Positions 11,047 to 21,266 of a stretch of DNA of 64,000 nucleotides are shown here, piece by piece. This stretch comes from Candidatus Altiarchaeota archaeon (GTDB lineage Archaea; Altiarchaeota; Altiarchaeia; IMC4; SCGC-AAA252-I15), in NCBI GenBank assembly GCA_043800705.1, contig JAZDMS010000040.1:1-64000 (forward strand), read 5' to 3'. A program made the translations under genes and the position numbers. Position 1 is the first letter of the stretch. Each line of letters starts with the position of its first letter. The notes beneath the pieces are model-generated. The model was not told where the DNA came from, made no database searches, and saw only the letters and a list, made by a program, of their open reading frames with translations.

Positions 11047-11991
11047 TCATCCCCAGTAGGGGTTCTTTACGTATTTGAACGCGTTGAGTCCCGCTAGCCC
11101 GCCTTCTCCGACTGCCTGCGGTATCCTTATCCATTTTCCGACGATGTCTCCTGCGGCGAATATTCCCGGGAGGTTCGTGCGCTGGTCGGCGTTGACTGTG
11201 ACACGGCCCCTGTCGTCGGTTTTGACGCCTATCCTTTTGAGGAATTCGGTGTTTGCTTCCGTGCCGAGGCTGAACAGGATGACGTCGGCGTCCCAGACGT
11301 TCTCTGTGTTGTCCTTGTTGTTGAAGAGGCGTGCCCTCTCGACCTTCCCCATGCCTTCGATTTTCTTGATTTCGGTGTTCCAGAGCACGTTGACGCATTC
11401 GTCCTTTACGCATGCGACGTTCTTGTCGGTGGCTCTGAAGGTGTCCTTCCTGTGGACGATGACGACTTCGGTGCCTTTCTTCTTCATCTCGACTGCGCAT
11501 TCGACTGCGGTGTCGCCGCCGCCGACTACAATCGCCTTCTTGCCCCTGTATTTGCCGGGGTCCGGCAGGCAGTAGACGACGTTGTCGAGGGTCTCGCCGC
11601 CGACCCCCAGCTTCCTTGGCGCCCCCAGGCCGCATGCGAGGACAACAGCCTTCGCGGAGTATCTGCCCTTGTTGGTTGTGACAATGAGGTGTTCCTTGCT
11701 GTCGTCGGGGTTCGCTTCCCTCCTGACGTCGGTGACGGTCTCGTTCTCCCTGATCTTGACCCCCTCGTTTAGGGCGTGGTCGGTCATGAGTTTCGCGGCT
11801 TCCGCGCCAGTCTTCTCGTATACGCCGAGGTAGTTGTCGACGTGCTTCCACGGGTACTGGTTGACGGGAGCCCCGCCTGAGTAAGCGGATTCTATGACCA
11901 GCGCCGAGACCTTGTAGTATGCCGCCGTTATCGCAGCCGACAAACCAGCCGGCCCTGCTCCGACCACGACGACGTCGTATTGCTCCTCCAT
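11047..11991 (-). CDS. Thioredoxin reductase-like FAD/NAD(P) oxidoreductase lacking CxxC
   Basis: GAGPAGLSAA, VVGGGDTAVE, HRKDTFRA, FAAGDI; YCLPD replaces CxxCD. Confidence 0.85.
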   Translation of the reverse strand: MEEQYDVVVVGAGPAGLSAAITAAYYKVSALVIESAYSGGAPVNQYPWKHVDNYLGVYEKTGAEAAKLMTDHALNEGVKIRENETVTDVRREANPDDSKEHLIVTTNKGRYSAKAVVLACGLGAPRKLGVGGETLDNVVYCLPDPGKYRGKKAIVVGGGDTAVECAVEMKKKGTEVVIVHRKDTFRATDKNVACVKDECVNVLWNTEIKKIEGMGKVERARLFNNKDNTENVWDADVILFSLGTEANTEFLKRIGVKTDDRGRVTVNADQRTNLPGIFAAGDIVGKWIRIPQAVGEGGLAGLNAFKYVKNPYWG

Positions 11992-12051
11992 CTTAAGATA
12001 CATCTACAACGGGGTTTAAATTTGGCGGGAAACAATATCTTCTCCGATCAA

Positions 12052-14658
12052 ATGGCTGGATACGAGCGTAAATGGCACGGCCTTGAGGCCTCCGACGCGT
12101 TGAGGGAGCTTGGCGGCTCCGAGTCGGGGCTGTCCGATGCGGAGGCAGTGAAGCGGCTGGTGCAATACGGCCGCAACGAGCTTGAGGAGAAGGGGGGCCG
12201 CAGCATGTTCGGCGTATTCCTCGGCCAGTTTAAGGACATACTCGTCCTCCTGCTGATAGTTTCCGCGGTGTTCGCGTTGGCAGCGGGGGAGATGGTTGAC
12301 GGCTCCCTAATCCTCGGGATAGTCGTTTTGAACGGCGTCTTCGGATTTATCCAGGACTACAAGGCCGAGCGGAACATGGACGAGCTGAAGAAGCTCAGCA
12401 AGCCGAAGGCGATCGTAATCCGTAACGGACGCGAGCTGGAGATACGGAGCGGCGAGCTCGTGCCCGGAGACATACTCCTCCTGATAGAGGGCGACAGCGT
12501 CCAGGCAGACGGCAGGGTCATCGAGTCCGTCAACCTAAACGTCGACGAATCATCACTGACCGGTGAGAGCGTCCCCGTCCAGAAGGACGTGGCGAAGATC
12601 CCGGATGGCGCGCCTTTGGCCGAGCGCTACTGCATGGTGTACCAGGGCACGAGCGTCGTCTCGGGCCGCGGCAGGATTGCCGTCGCTTCGACGGGTATGT
12701 CCACCGAGCTCGGGAAGATCGCGAAAGACCTCGATGCGATAGAGGACGAGCGCACCCCGTTCCAGAAGCACATGGACGAGCTAGGCGGAAAGATCGCCGT
12801 TGCGATATTGGGCCTGTGCTTCGTAGTCGGCCTGGTCATCCTCACGACCACGGACACCCCATTTCTGAAGGTTCTACTGATTGCCATCGCCCTCGGCGTG
12901 GCGGCTATCCCGGAGGGCCTGCCCGCCGTCATCACGCTCTCGCTCGCCCTCGGCTCGAAGCGGATGATGCAGAAGCATGCGCTCCTTCGAAAGCTGCCAG
13001 TCGCCGAAGGCCTCGGCTCCGTTGACATCATCTGCACCGACAAGACCGGGACCCTCACCGAGAACCGGATGACCGTCCGGAGGCTGTACTTCGGCGGAAG
13101 GGTCATCGACGTGTCGGGGGCTGGCTACAGCCTCGACGGCGGGTTTTTCTCGCATGGCGTGGAGGTTCCCTTGGAGGAGCTGAAGCCCCTCCTTTATGCG
13201 GGGATGCACAACAACAACGCCCGCCACCTGGACGACGGCACCTTCAGCGGCGACCCCACGGAGATAGCGCTGCTCGTCTGCGGTATGAAGGCCGGCCTGA
13301 GGCCTAAATACCGGCGGGTCGACGAGATAGCGTTCTCGTCAGTGAGGAAGATGATGACGACCGTCCACGAGACGAAGAACGGGATCCTGTCTAATACTAA
13401 GGGCGCCCCGGAATTCATCATCGAACGCTGCGACCGGCTCCTTGAGTCGGGGAAGGTCAGGAAGATGTCTGCCGACGACCGTGCCAGGATCCTGAAGATG
13501 AACGAGGAGCTTGCGTCGCAGGCGCTGCGTGTGATAGGATTCGCATACGAGGAGGATACGGAGTCCCCCGAGGAGGGGATGATTTTCCTCGGCCTGCAGG
13601 GCATGCTCGACCCCCCTCGGAAGGAGGTGCCTGCCGCGATAGCCGACTGCAAGAGCGCTGGCATAAGGGTCATAATGATAACCGGCGACAGCAAGACCAC
13701 CGCCCAGGCCATCGCCCGGGAGATCGGGTTGGATCCGAAGGCTCTCGAAGGCAGGGAGATAGACTCGATGTCGCAGGATCAGATCTACGAGGCCGCCAGG
13801 GACGTCTCCATATTCGCGCGGGTGTCGCCCGCCAACAAGCTTGCTATACTCCTGGCCCTGAAGGCCCAGGGCCACATCGTCGCGATGACCGGCGACGGCG
13901 TCAACGACGCCCCCGCGATCAAGGCCGCGGACGTCGGCGTGTCGATGGGGATCCGCGGCACCGAGGTGGCGAAGCAGACGTCGGACATCGTCCTCCTGGA
14001 CGACAACTTTGCGACGATCAAGGACGCGATCCTCGAGGGTAGGCGGATATTCGACAACGTCAGGAAGTTCATCAACTACCTCTTCCCCTGCAACCTGGCG
14101 GAGGTCCTGGTCGTGTTCATCGCGGCGCTGCCTTTCATAGCGGGCACTCCCCTGGTCATACTCACCGCGGTCCAACTCCTTTGGATCAACATCGCAACGG
14201 ACGGGCTGCCAGCCCTCGCATTGGGCGTCGACCCCCCGGCTGCGGGAATAATGCGGCGCAAACCCCGCCCCAGGGGGGAGGGGATAATCAACCGCCGCAT
14301 GGCATACCACATGGTCCTCATAGGCGTCGCGATGACCGCCGTCATCCTCGGCCTCTTCTACGCGTCCGGGCCGCTGGCAGACTTCCAGAGGGCGCAGACC
14401 ATCGCATTCACCGCCATAGTCGTGTTCAAGATGGTGAGGGTCTACGAGATACGCGTCGAGGACAGGCTCGGCCTCTTCTCCAACAAGTGGCTCCTCCTGG
14501 CCGTGTCAAGTTCGGTGGGGCTGCACCTGGCGCTCCTTTACTCCCCGGCAGCCTCCTACTTCAAGGTCGTCCCCCTCGGGCTCGAGGACTGGGGGATGGT
14601 ATTGGCGGGTATGGCCGCGTTCGCGGCATTGTCGTATGCGATACGGAAAATGGTGTAG
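12052..14658 (+). CDS. P-type (P2A, Ca2+-like) cation-transporting ATPase
   Basis: [51 protein letters not shown]. Confidence 0.93.
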   Translation: MAGYERKWHGLEASDALRELGGSESGLSDAEAVKRLVQYGRNELEEKGGRSMFGVFLGQFKDILVLLLIVSAVFALAAGEMVDGSLILGIVVLNGVFGFIQDYKAERNMDELKKLSKPKAIVIRNGRELEIRSGELVPGDILLLIEGDSVQADGRVIESVNLNVDESSLTGESVPVQKDVAKIPDGAPLAERYCMVYQGTSVVSGRGRIAVASTGMSTELGKIAKDLDAIEDERTPFQKHMDELGGKIAVAILGLCFVVGLVILTTTDTPFLKVLLIAIALGVAAIPEGLPAVITLSLALGSKRMMQKHALLRKLPVAEGLGSVDIICTDKTGTLTENRMTVRRLYFGGRVIDVSGAGYSLDGGFFSHGVEVPLEELKPLLYAGMHNNNARHLDDGTFSGDPTEIALLVCGMKAGLRPKYRRVDEIAFSSVRKMMTTVHETKNGILSNTKGAPEFIIERCDRLLESGKVRKMSADDRARILKMNEELASQALRVIGFAYEEDTESPEEGMIFLGLQGMLDPPRKEVPAAIADCKSAGIRVIMITGDSKTTAQAIAREIGLDPKALEGREIDSMSQDQIYEAARDVSIFARVSPANKLAILLALKAQGHIVAMTGDGVNDAPAIKAADVGVSMGIRGTEVAKQTSDIVLLDDNFATIKDAILEGRRIFDNVRKFINYLFPCNLAEVLVVFIAALPFIAGTPLVILTAVQLLWINIATDGLPALALGVDPPAAGIMRRKPRPRGEGIINRRMAYHMVLIGVAMTAVILGLFYASGPLADFQRAQTIAFTAIVVFKMVRVYEIRVEDRLGLFSNKWLLLAVSSSVGLHLALLYSPAASYFKVVPLGLEDWGMVLAGMAAFAALSYAIRKMV

Positions 14659-14919
14659 CCGGCATGGCCTATTCGGATTCGGCATAGAAGGCCTACAGGC
14701 TCCTGTTTATCTCCGTCGCCTTAGGGGCCGTCGCCCTGGCCCTGTCAGAGGTTGGCTCGAGGCTCCTCAGGACGTGGACATGAACTGTTAGCATGAGGTT
14801 TATATTCTATATAGCATATTTTTTTAATTTATTATTCATATAAGGGTCAAATTTTTATGCTATTATGGATATTTTGAAGCTTTTTATGCTTATGCGAATT
14901 TTACCTAATTTATTCCGGG

Positions 14920-15111
14920 ATGTCACATATCCTATGGATGACCGAAGAGACCGAAGCCTGCTTCAGCGCGCTGTTCGCGCTGGAGGACGTCAGGGAGCTC
15001 CTGAGGGAGAGCGCACCTGAGCACAAGCTGAGCCCAGAGCAGAAGACGCGCCTTGCGGAGGCGCTGTTGAAGGCCAGAAACAATCTCTCCAGACTGGAGG
15101 CGAGGCTGTGA
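14920..15111 (+). CDS. Small helical partner of SepCysS (SepCysSn / SepCysE N-domain-like)
   Basis: 63 aa, FSALFALEDVRELLRE motif, GTGA overlap with the SepCysS start; family assignment from recall. Confidence 0.65.
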   Translation: MSHILWMTEETEACFSALFALEDVRELLRESAPEHKLSPEQKTRLAEALLKARNNLSRLEARL

Positions 15112-16256
15112 ACGTCGGAGGCCTCGAACCCAGGGACAGGGAGGAGGACTACATCAACGTCAACCCGTTGCAGACAGCGGGCAGGCCATATGCGGATGCG
15201 AGGAAGGCGGTACTATCCTACGTCGACGGGTACAGCGTCTGCGACTGGTGCAAGGGGGAGCTATGCGCGATGGAGAAGCCCCCCATCAAGGCGTTCCTCG
15301 ACGACGCGTCGAAGTTCCTCGGCATGGATTCGACGATGCTCACCAACGGGGCGAGGGAGGCAAAGTTCGCGGTGCTGCATTCGATGACTGCCCCAGGCGA
15401 CACGGTCGTCATGGACGGTAACAGGCACTACACGACCTACGTCGCCGCGGAGCTCGCAGGGCTTAAGATACGCGAGGTCCCGTCGTCGGGATCGCCAGAA
15501 TACGTGATAGACCCGGACGGATACGCCGCCGCATTCGAACAGGTCAAGGCCGACACGGGAGCCCCGCCGAAGATGGCTGTCCTCACCCACGTCGACGGCA
15601 GCTACGGGAACCTCGTCGACGCTGAAAAGGTCGGGAAGATATGCAAACAGTACGACGTACCCCTCCTACTGAACACAGCCTACTCGTCAGGGCGGATGCC
15701 CGTCGACGGCAAAAGGCTGGGCGCCGATTTCATGGCATGCTCGGGCCACAAAAGCTGGGCCGCAGGCGGCGGCAACATCGGCCTCCTTGCTGTCTGCGGC
15801 GAATGGGCCGGCAAGGTCTTCGCAAGGAGCGGGAAATACAAGGCGAAGCCGCTCGAGATACTCGGCTGCTCGTCAAGGGGTTCGGCTACGGTCGCGCTCA
15901 TGGCCAGCTTCCCCCGTGTGATGGAGCGGGTTACGCGCTGGGACAAGGAAGTCGATAACGCCCGCTGGCTCGCATCAGAGCTGGAGAAGATGGGGCTCAA
16001 AGTCATCGGCGAGCGGCCAAGAGACCACGACATCCTATTCGTCGAATCCGACCTGCTGTTCCGGATATCCGAGACCCACAAGAAGAAGAACTACTACCTA
16101 TACAGCGAACTGAAGGACAGGGGGGTAGTGGGGGTCAAGAGCGGCCTCACGAAGAACTTCAAGCTCAGCGCCTACGGAAAGACGAGGCAGCAGGTCGAGC
16201 GCATAGCGTGGGCCTTCAGGGACATCATCGAAAAGTTCGGAGCCGAAATGAGTTGA
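15108..16256 (+). CDS. pscS: O-phosphoseryl-tRNA:Cys-tRNA synthase (SepCysS)
   Basis: INVNPLQTAGR, DGYSVCDWC, GAREAKF, HYTTY, SGHKS (PLP Lys), LGCSSRG. Confidence 0.93.
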   Translation: MNVGGLEPRDREEDYINVNPLQTAGRPYADARKAVLSYVDGYSVCDWCKGELCAMEKPPIKAFLDDASKFLGMDSTMLTNGAREAKFAVLHSMTAPGDTVVMDGNRHYTTYVAAELAGLKIREVPSSGSPEYVIDPDGYAAAFEQVKADTGAPPKMAVLTHVDGSYGNLVDAEKVGKICKQYDVPLLLNTAYSSGRMPVDGKRLGADFMACSGHKSWAAGGGNIGLLAVCGEWAGKVFARSGKYKAKPLEILGCSSRGSATVALMASFPRVMERVTRWDKEVDNARWLASELEKMGLKVIGERPRDHDILFVESDLLFRISETHKKKNYYLYSELKDRGVVGVKSGLTKNFKLSAYGKTRQQVERIAWAFRDIIEKFGAEMS

Positions 16257-16308
16257 CGCCCGCTTTTACCTTCCACTAATTAATTAAACTGTGCTGCTTC
16301 ATCTTACT

Positions 16309-17010
16309 ATGGCTAAAGAAGCTCCCGGCCCGAATCCTATCCGGGTGTCGAAAGAACAGGTCATGTCCTTCTATGAAGCCATCCGGGAGGCCGAGTACAT
16401 AGTGGCCTCGAGGAAGCCGGACTTCATAGTGGCTCCTCTGCGCGGAGCAGAGCCATTAATCGAGTCAATGGCCGTTGTCGCCGACCTGGAGGGGCGCGAT
16501 ATGCCCGAAGTCGTGTACATAGAGACCGGGACCATCGGCTCAAGGATTGACGGCAAGCCATTGCGGCCCCTCTTCCCGGAGGGAAAGGTCGCCCTGGTCT
16601 CGGAGAGGCTAGGCTCAAGATTTCGGGGAAAGGATGGGCGTCTGAGCATCTGTCTGGTCGACGAAGTCGAATCCGGCGGCTCCATTGTGAAGAACTTCGA
16701 CTACGTGAATGGGGCGATGCGTCTTTACTACCCGAAGGTTGATTTCGATTTGTACGCCGTTGGCATATGCAGCAGATCACGTGAGAAATGCGGCAGGTTC
16801 GTGCAGCTATTGGGGATGGGCAAGATCACACCACTCTATGTGGATGACCTCTTCACAGTCGACCGCACCCGGTTTCTTTCGCCATTGGTCCGGAAGGACG
16901 ACGACGTCCGCCGGCAAGGATTATACCCCGGCGATTCCAAAAATGAACTCTACAACAATATTGAGCGGATTCACAGGGAGCTTCAGGACAGACATGGCAG
17001 CAAAAAGTAG
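16309..17010 (+). CDS. Hypothetical protein with phosphoribosyltransferase-like fold
   Basis: IVAPLRGA and ICLVDEVESGGS resemble type I PRTase loops; overlaps thiM start. Confidence 0.55.
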   Translation: MAKEAPGPNPIRVSKEQVMSFYEAIREAEYIVASRKPDFIVAPLRGAEPLIESMAVVADLEGRDMPEVVYIETGTIGSRIDGKPLRPLFPEGKVALVSERLGSRFRGKDGRLSICLVDEVESGGSIVKNFDYVNGAMRLYYPKVDFDLYAVGICSRSREKCGRFVQLLGMGKITPLYVDDLFTVDRTRFLSPLVRKDDDVRRQGLYPGDSKNELYNNIERIHRELQDRHGSKK

Positions 17011-17809
17011 GATGTTGTTAGATGCATACGGCATGCTTGAGCGGATACGCCTACGGAAGCCTCTCGTCCACCACATAACCAACTGGGTCACCATCTACGA
17101 CTGCGCCAACATCACCCGCACATTCGGAGCCCTGCCAGTCATGGCCCACGCCAGGGAAGAGGTCCAGGAGATGGTGGCCCTCGCCGGGGCCCTTGTGCTC
17201 AACATAGGCACCCTCACGCCAGAACTGATCGACACGATGGTCCTCGCAGGGAAGGCAGCCAACAAAAAAGGCATCCCCGTCGTACTGGACGCGGTCGGGG
17301 CAGGGGCGACACGGCTTCGGACAGACAGCGTCCTCAGGATGCTTAAGGCGTTCCGCATCGACGTATTGAAGGGCAACTTTGGCGAAGTCGGCGTTATCGC
17401 TGGCGCAAAGGCCGAAGTCAGAGGCGTCGAGTCGATGGGCCTTGACGGGGATCCCGTAAGGCTGGCTAAAGGCCTATCGTCGAAGCTGATGAACACGGTC
17501 GTGATGACCGGGAAGATGGACATCGTCTCAGGGGGCGGCAGGACATACCTCATAGACAACGGCACCGCTCAGATGGGCTCGATAGTAGGGACCGGCTGCA
17601 TGGCAGCCTCCGTCATCGGCGCGTTCTGCGCCGTCGAAAAGGACTACCCGATGGCTTCAGCATCGGCATTGGCCTGCTACGGTATCGCAGGGGAACTGGC
17701 TGCGAAGGAGGCAAAGGGTCCGGGCTCGTTCAAAGAGGGATTCTACGACGCGGTGGCGTCCCTGGACAGAAGGCATGTGGACTCAATGGCGAAGGTATCG
17801 GAAAAATAG
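16994..17809 (+). CDS. thiM: Hydroxyethylthiazole kinase
   Basis: PLVHHITNWVT, GALPVMAH, LNIGTL, PVVLDAVGAGAT, VGTGCM. Confidence 0.95.
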   Translation: MAAKSRMLLDAYGMLERIRLRKPLVHHITNWVTIYDCANITRTFGALPVMAHAREEVQEMVALAGALVLNIGTLTPELIDTMVLAGKAANKKGIPVVLDAVGAGATRLRTDSVLRMLKAFRIDVLKGNFGEVGVIAGAKAEVRGVESMGLDGDPVRLAKGLSSKLMNTVVMTGKMDIVSGGGRTYLIDNGTAQMGSIVGTGCMAASVIGAFCAVEKDYPMASASALACYGIAGELAAKEAKGPGSFKEGFYDAVASLDRRHVDSMAKVSEK

Positions 17810-17927
17810 ATGTCTCACCTGCCAAAAACGCGTCCTATCCATATTTTGCCCCCATATTGGCACTGACTTTACCTCATCTTCTTGTATTGGGACATCCAAA
17901 TGTAGTATAAGGAAAGGGTGAACTTAC

Positions 17928-18095
17928 ATGGACTCTGCAACCGCGCTTACAGGCCTGGTATATATGGCGACCGCGTACATGATGGCGTATATTTTTTACC
18001 TCCTTTCAAGGGAGGCCGGGACCACCGGCATACTGGGTTTCCCGACTCAGCCTTACGACTCCAATCGCGTAATCCTCAGAAGAAGGTATATCTGA
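17928..18095 (+). CDS. Putative 55-aa single-TM small protein (not in ORF track)
   Basis: MDSATALTGLVYMATAYMMAYIFYLLSRE...RRRYI*, preceded by SD-like GGGTGA. Confidence 0.4.
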   Translation: MDSATALTGLVYMATAYMMAYIFYLLSREAGTTGILGFPTQPYDSNRVILRRRYI

Positions 18096-18173
18096 CTTAA
18101 CCGCCCAAATGAAGCCGAATAAGGGGGCATGAGCGCCCACATCATGCCCCCAAAAATCCGGTTTAATGGCCCC

Positions 18174-19082
18174 TTAAACGCACTCCACGTCGGCCTTGCA
18201 GCCATTCACCCCAGGGGACCTGACCATGACGCATTTTCCGCCGACGCATTCGTTGTGCCTGCAGGACGAATCAGTCGTGCATCCGTCAATGCCCTTGCCA
18301 TCAACCTTCCTGCAAAGCCCCCCCGAACATTCCGTGTGGTATTGATGTGCTGTTGTCGTCGGGGATCCGCGGCCGCTTTCTGCGAACTGCGTATCGTTAA
18401 TCTTCGCCCCCGGGGTCGTCTTAATGGTCGACGAGTTCAGCACCAGCTGCCTGATGCATGCGCATGCCTGCGGGCTTCCCCTCCCATGGCAGCCCGAGCA
18501 CCCTCCAAGATCGTATCCCCCCATGACTGCGACCTGGGTGTCCCATTCGCAGGTCGTGTTGTACAGGCACACCGCAAGCCTCCAGGCGGTTGGCGAGATC
18601 GAACAGACGCCGTCGGCTTTCGGGCAAATCCCGCCGATGTCGCATTCCTCTCCCTCATCCAGGATGCCGTTGCCGCATGGCAGGGTCGACGTCGTGGTAG
18701 TAGACGTCACCTGCAGCGTGGTCGAAACCGCGGCAGGCAGGGCCGTAGCCTCCTCCGGGGGCAGGATATGGGACATGTTGAGTTTGCCATAACAGTACCT
18801 CACCCATGTCATGTTCCCCATCCTGTCGCACAATGAAAGGTCGGAAGCGTCTATGGCGAGATTGGTGAGGCACGCAAACCTGAACTCGTCATCGTATTCC
18901 CCCTCGCATTGGCGGATCCTGGCATTATAACCCAACGTCGTCGACACAACCCCCCGGCTCATGCATTCCTCTGGCCCCTGCGCCTGCCTGCCGTCCGGGC
19001 ATGTGTAAGTTTCAGTCCCGCCAAGGCAGCCGCACATAACGGCCAAGGCGACAATCAAGGGCAGATGGGCCGGTTGGCGCAT
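18174..19082 (-). CDS. Cys-rich putative lipoprotein/surface protein
   Basis: Signal/lipobox-like VMCGCLGG, Thr linker, CGNGILDEGEECD, C-terminal Cys repeats. Confidence 0.75.
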   Translation of the reverse strand: MRQPAHLPLIVALAVMCGCLGGTETYTCPDGRQAQGPEECMSRGVVSTTLGYNARIRQCEGEYDDEFRFACLTNLAIDASDLSLCDRMGNMTWVRYCYGKLNMSHILPPEEATALPAAVSTTLQVTSTTTTSTLPCGNGILDEGEECDIGGICPKADGVCSISPTAWRLAVCLYNTTCEWDTQVAVMGGYDLGGCSGCHGRGSPQACACIRQLVLNSSTIKTTPGAKINDTQFAESGRGSPTTTAHQYHTECSGGLCRKVDGKGIDGCTTDSSCRHNECVGGKCVMVRSPGVNGCKADVECV

Positions 19083-19133
19083 ACTAAATATTATCCCCGC
19101 CAACATAAATACTAGCACTTCGTGTCTTATCAT

Positions 19134-19742
19134 ATGCGCGGATTCTACTACATTACCGACTCGAAGATGTGCAGAAAACCCGAGCAGGACGCGGTCAGGG
19201 CGGCGATCGAAGGCGGCGCCGCAGTCGTCCAATACCGTGAGAAGGAGCTGCCGGTCGAGGAAAGGATCCCCATTGCAAGGAAGCTGAGGCTCCTTTGCAG
19301 CGGCAGGGCCATATTCATAGTCAACGACGAAGTCGAAGTAGCCCAGGCATGCGACGCCGATGGTGTACACCTCGGACAAGATGATATGAGCGTCAAGACC
19401 GCACGCTACCTCCTTGGAAAAGACCGGCTGATAGGCGTAACGGTGCATAACGTGCAAGAGGCAGTCGCAGCCGACCAGGCCGGCGCCGACTACGTCACAG
19501 TCTCGCCCGTGTTCGCCACCTCGACAAAGGCCGACGCCGGGCAGCCCGTCGGAATCCAGATGATAAAGGACGTAAAGGCCAAGGTGTTGATGCCGGTTGC
19601 CGCCATCGGCGGAATAGACGAAAATAACATAGACTCCGTCATCGCGGCAGGGGCCGACATGGCCTGCGCCATATCCGCCACCGTCTGCAAAGACGATATA
19701 AAGGCCGCAGTCAAATATTTCTCCACGAAATGGAAAAGATAG
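19134..19742 (+). CDS. thiE: Thiamine-phosphate synthase
   Basis: VQYREK, FIVND, DGVHLGQDD, FATSTK, AIGGI. Confidence 0.95.
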   Translation: MRGFYYITDSKMCRKPEQDAVRAAIEGGAAVVQYREKELPVEERIPIARKLRLLCSGRAIFIVNDEVEVAQACDADGVHLGQDDMSVKTARYLLGKDRLIGVTVHNVQEAVAADQAGADYVTVSPVFATSTKADAGQPVGIQMIKDVKAKVLMPVAAIGGIDENNIDSVIAAGADMACAISATVCKDDIKAAVKYFSTKWKR

Positions 19743-21253
19743 TCGTCCTCGACTTCGGAGGCCAGTACTGCCACCTCATAGCACGGAGGATAAGGGAGCT
19801 TGGAGTCTACTCCGAGGTCATGGCCTCCGACACGTCCGCAAAGGAACTCAAGGCAACGGGCGGCCTCAAGGGTGTCATCCTCTCCGGCGGAGCCGCATCC
19901 GTCTACGACGCAGGCAGCCCGAAATACTCCCCTGACCTACTCGAAGCCGGAGTCCCGATACTCGGCATCTGCTACGGCCACCAGCTGATAGCGCACATTG
20001 CGGGCGGATCCGTCGAAGGCGGGAAGGCCGGAGAATACGGGCTCACGGAGCTCGCAGTCATGAAGGCGGAAGGCATCCTGAAGGGGGTCAACGGCCGCAC
20101 GCCGGTCTGGATGAACCACCGCGACGTAGTGACCAAACTCCCGCCCGCGTACAAGGTCCTGGCCACAACCGCGAACACGCCTGTTGCGGCGTTCGGCAAC
20201 CCTAAACAGAACATTCACGGCGTCCAATTCCACCCCGAGGTGACCCACACCCGCGAGGGGATGAGCATACTCGAGAACTTCGTCGAGATATGCGGCGCAA
20301 GCCGCGACTGGAGCATGAAGGACTTCACCGTCAACTCCGTAGAGGAGGCGAAGTCGGTCATCGGCGGAAGGAGGGCGATCATCGGCCTGTCCGGCGGAGT
20401 CGACTCGTCGGCCGCTGCGGTCCTCCTGTCACGGGCCATCGGCGACAGGCTCACGGCGGTCTACGTCGACACCGGCCTCATGCGCTACCGAGAGACCGAG
20501 TTCATGGAAGAGACCTTCTCGGGCAGGGAGATGGACTTCAGGATCGTCAGGGCCGCCGACAGGTTCTTCGCGGCATTGAAGGGCGTCACCGACCCCGAGC
20601 AGAAGAGGAAGATTATCGGGGGCCTGTTCGTAGACATATTCGAGGAGGAAGCCGTGAAAGTCGGCGCCGAAGTCCTCGTCCAAGGCACGATATACTCGGA
20701 CCGGATAGAGTCCGGGGTCACCAAGCACTCGGACAACATCAAAAGCCACCACAACGTCGGCGGACTCAAGGAGAAGATGAAGCTGGAAGTCTACGAGCCG
20801 CTCCGGGACCTGTACAAGGACGAGGTCCGCGAGATCGCAAGGCAGCTGAAGCTCCCGGAGAAGATAATCACAAGGCACGTGTTCCCCGGCCCCGGCCTCG
20901 CCATAAGGATCATCGGAGAAGTCAACCCGAAGACGGCGGACATATGCAGGAAGGCGGGCAACATCGTCGAGGAGGAGCTGAAGAAGGCGGGAATCTACGA
21001 AAAATACTGGATGGGGTTCGCGGTCCTTCTGCCGATAAAGAGCGTCGGCATCCAGGGCGACTGCCGAAGCTACAAGCACCCCGTCGTCGTGCGCATAATC
21101 GAGTCGAAGGACGCCATGACCGCCAACTTCAGCAAGGTCCCCTACGAGGTGTTGGAGTCCATATCGACGAGGATAACGAACGAGATAGCCGACATCAACA
21201 GGGTCGTCTACGACATAACCAACAAGCCCCCAGCGACCATGGAATGGGAGTGA
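19730..21253 (+). CDS. guaA: GMP synthase (fused GATase + ATPPase)
   Basis: LDFGGQY, GICYGHQ, QFHPEV, LSGGVDS, IKSHHNV, FPGPGLAIR, KPPATMEWE. Confidence 0.96.
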   Translation: MEKIVVLDFGGQYCHLIARRIRELGVYSEVMASDTSAKELKATGGLKGVILSGGAASVYDAGSPKYSPDLLEAGVPILGICYGHQLIAHIAGGSVEGGKAGEYGLTELAVMKAEGILKGVNGRTPVWMNHRDVVTKLPPAYKVLATTANTPVAAFGNPKQNIHGVQFHPEVTHTREGMSILENFVEICGASRDWSMKDFTVNSVEEAKSVIGGRRAIIGLSGGVDSSAAAVLLSRAIGDRLTAVYVDTGLMRYRETEFMEETFSGREMDFRIVRAADRFFAALKGVTDPEQKRKIIGGLFVDIFEEEAVKVGAEVLVQGTIYSDRIESGVTKHSDNIKSHHNVGGLKEKMKLEVYEPLRDLYKDEVREIARQLKLPEKIITRHVFPGPGLAIRIIGEVNPKTADICRKAGNIVEEELKKAGIYEKYWMGFAVLLPIKSVGIQGDCRSYKHPVVVRIIESKDAMTANFSKVPYEVLESISTRITNEIADINRVVYDITNKPPATMEWE

Positions 21254-21266
21254 CGGCGGTCCAAAC

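Noticed and set aside
16257-19133. TPP riboswitch ahead of thiM or thiE
   Set aside because: No recognisable TPP aptamer; upstream regions are coding or very short.
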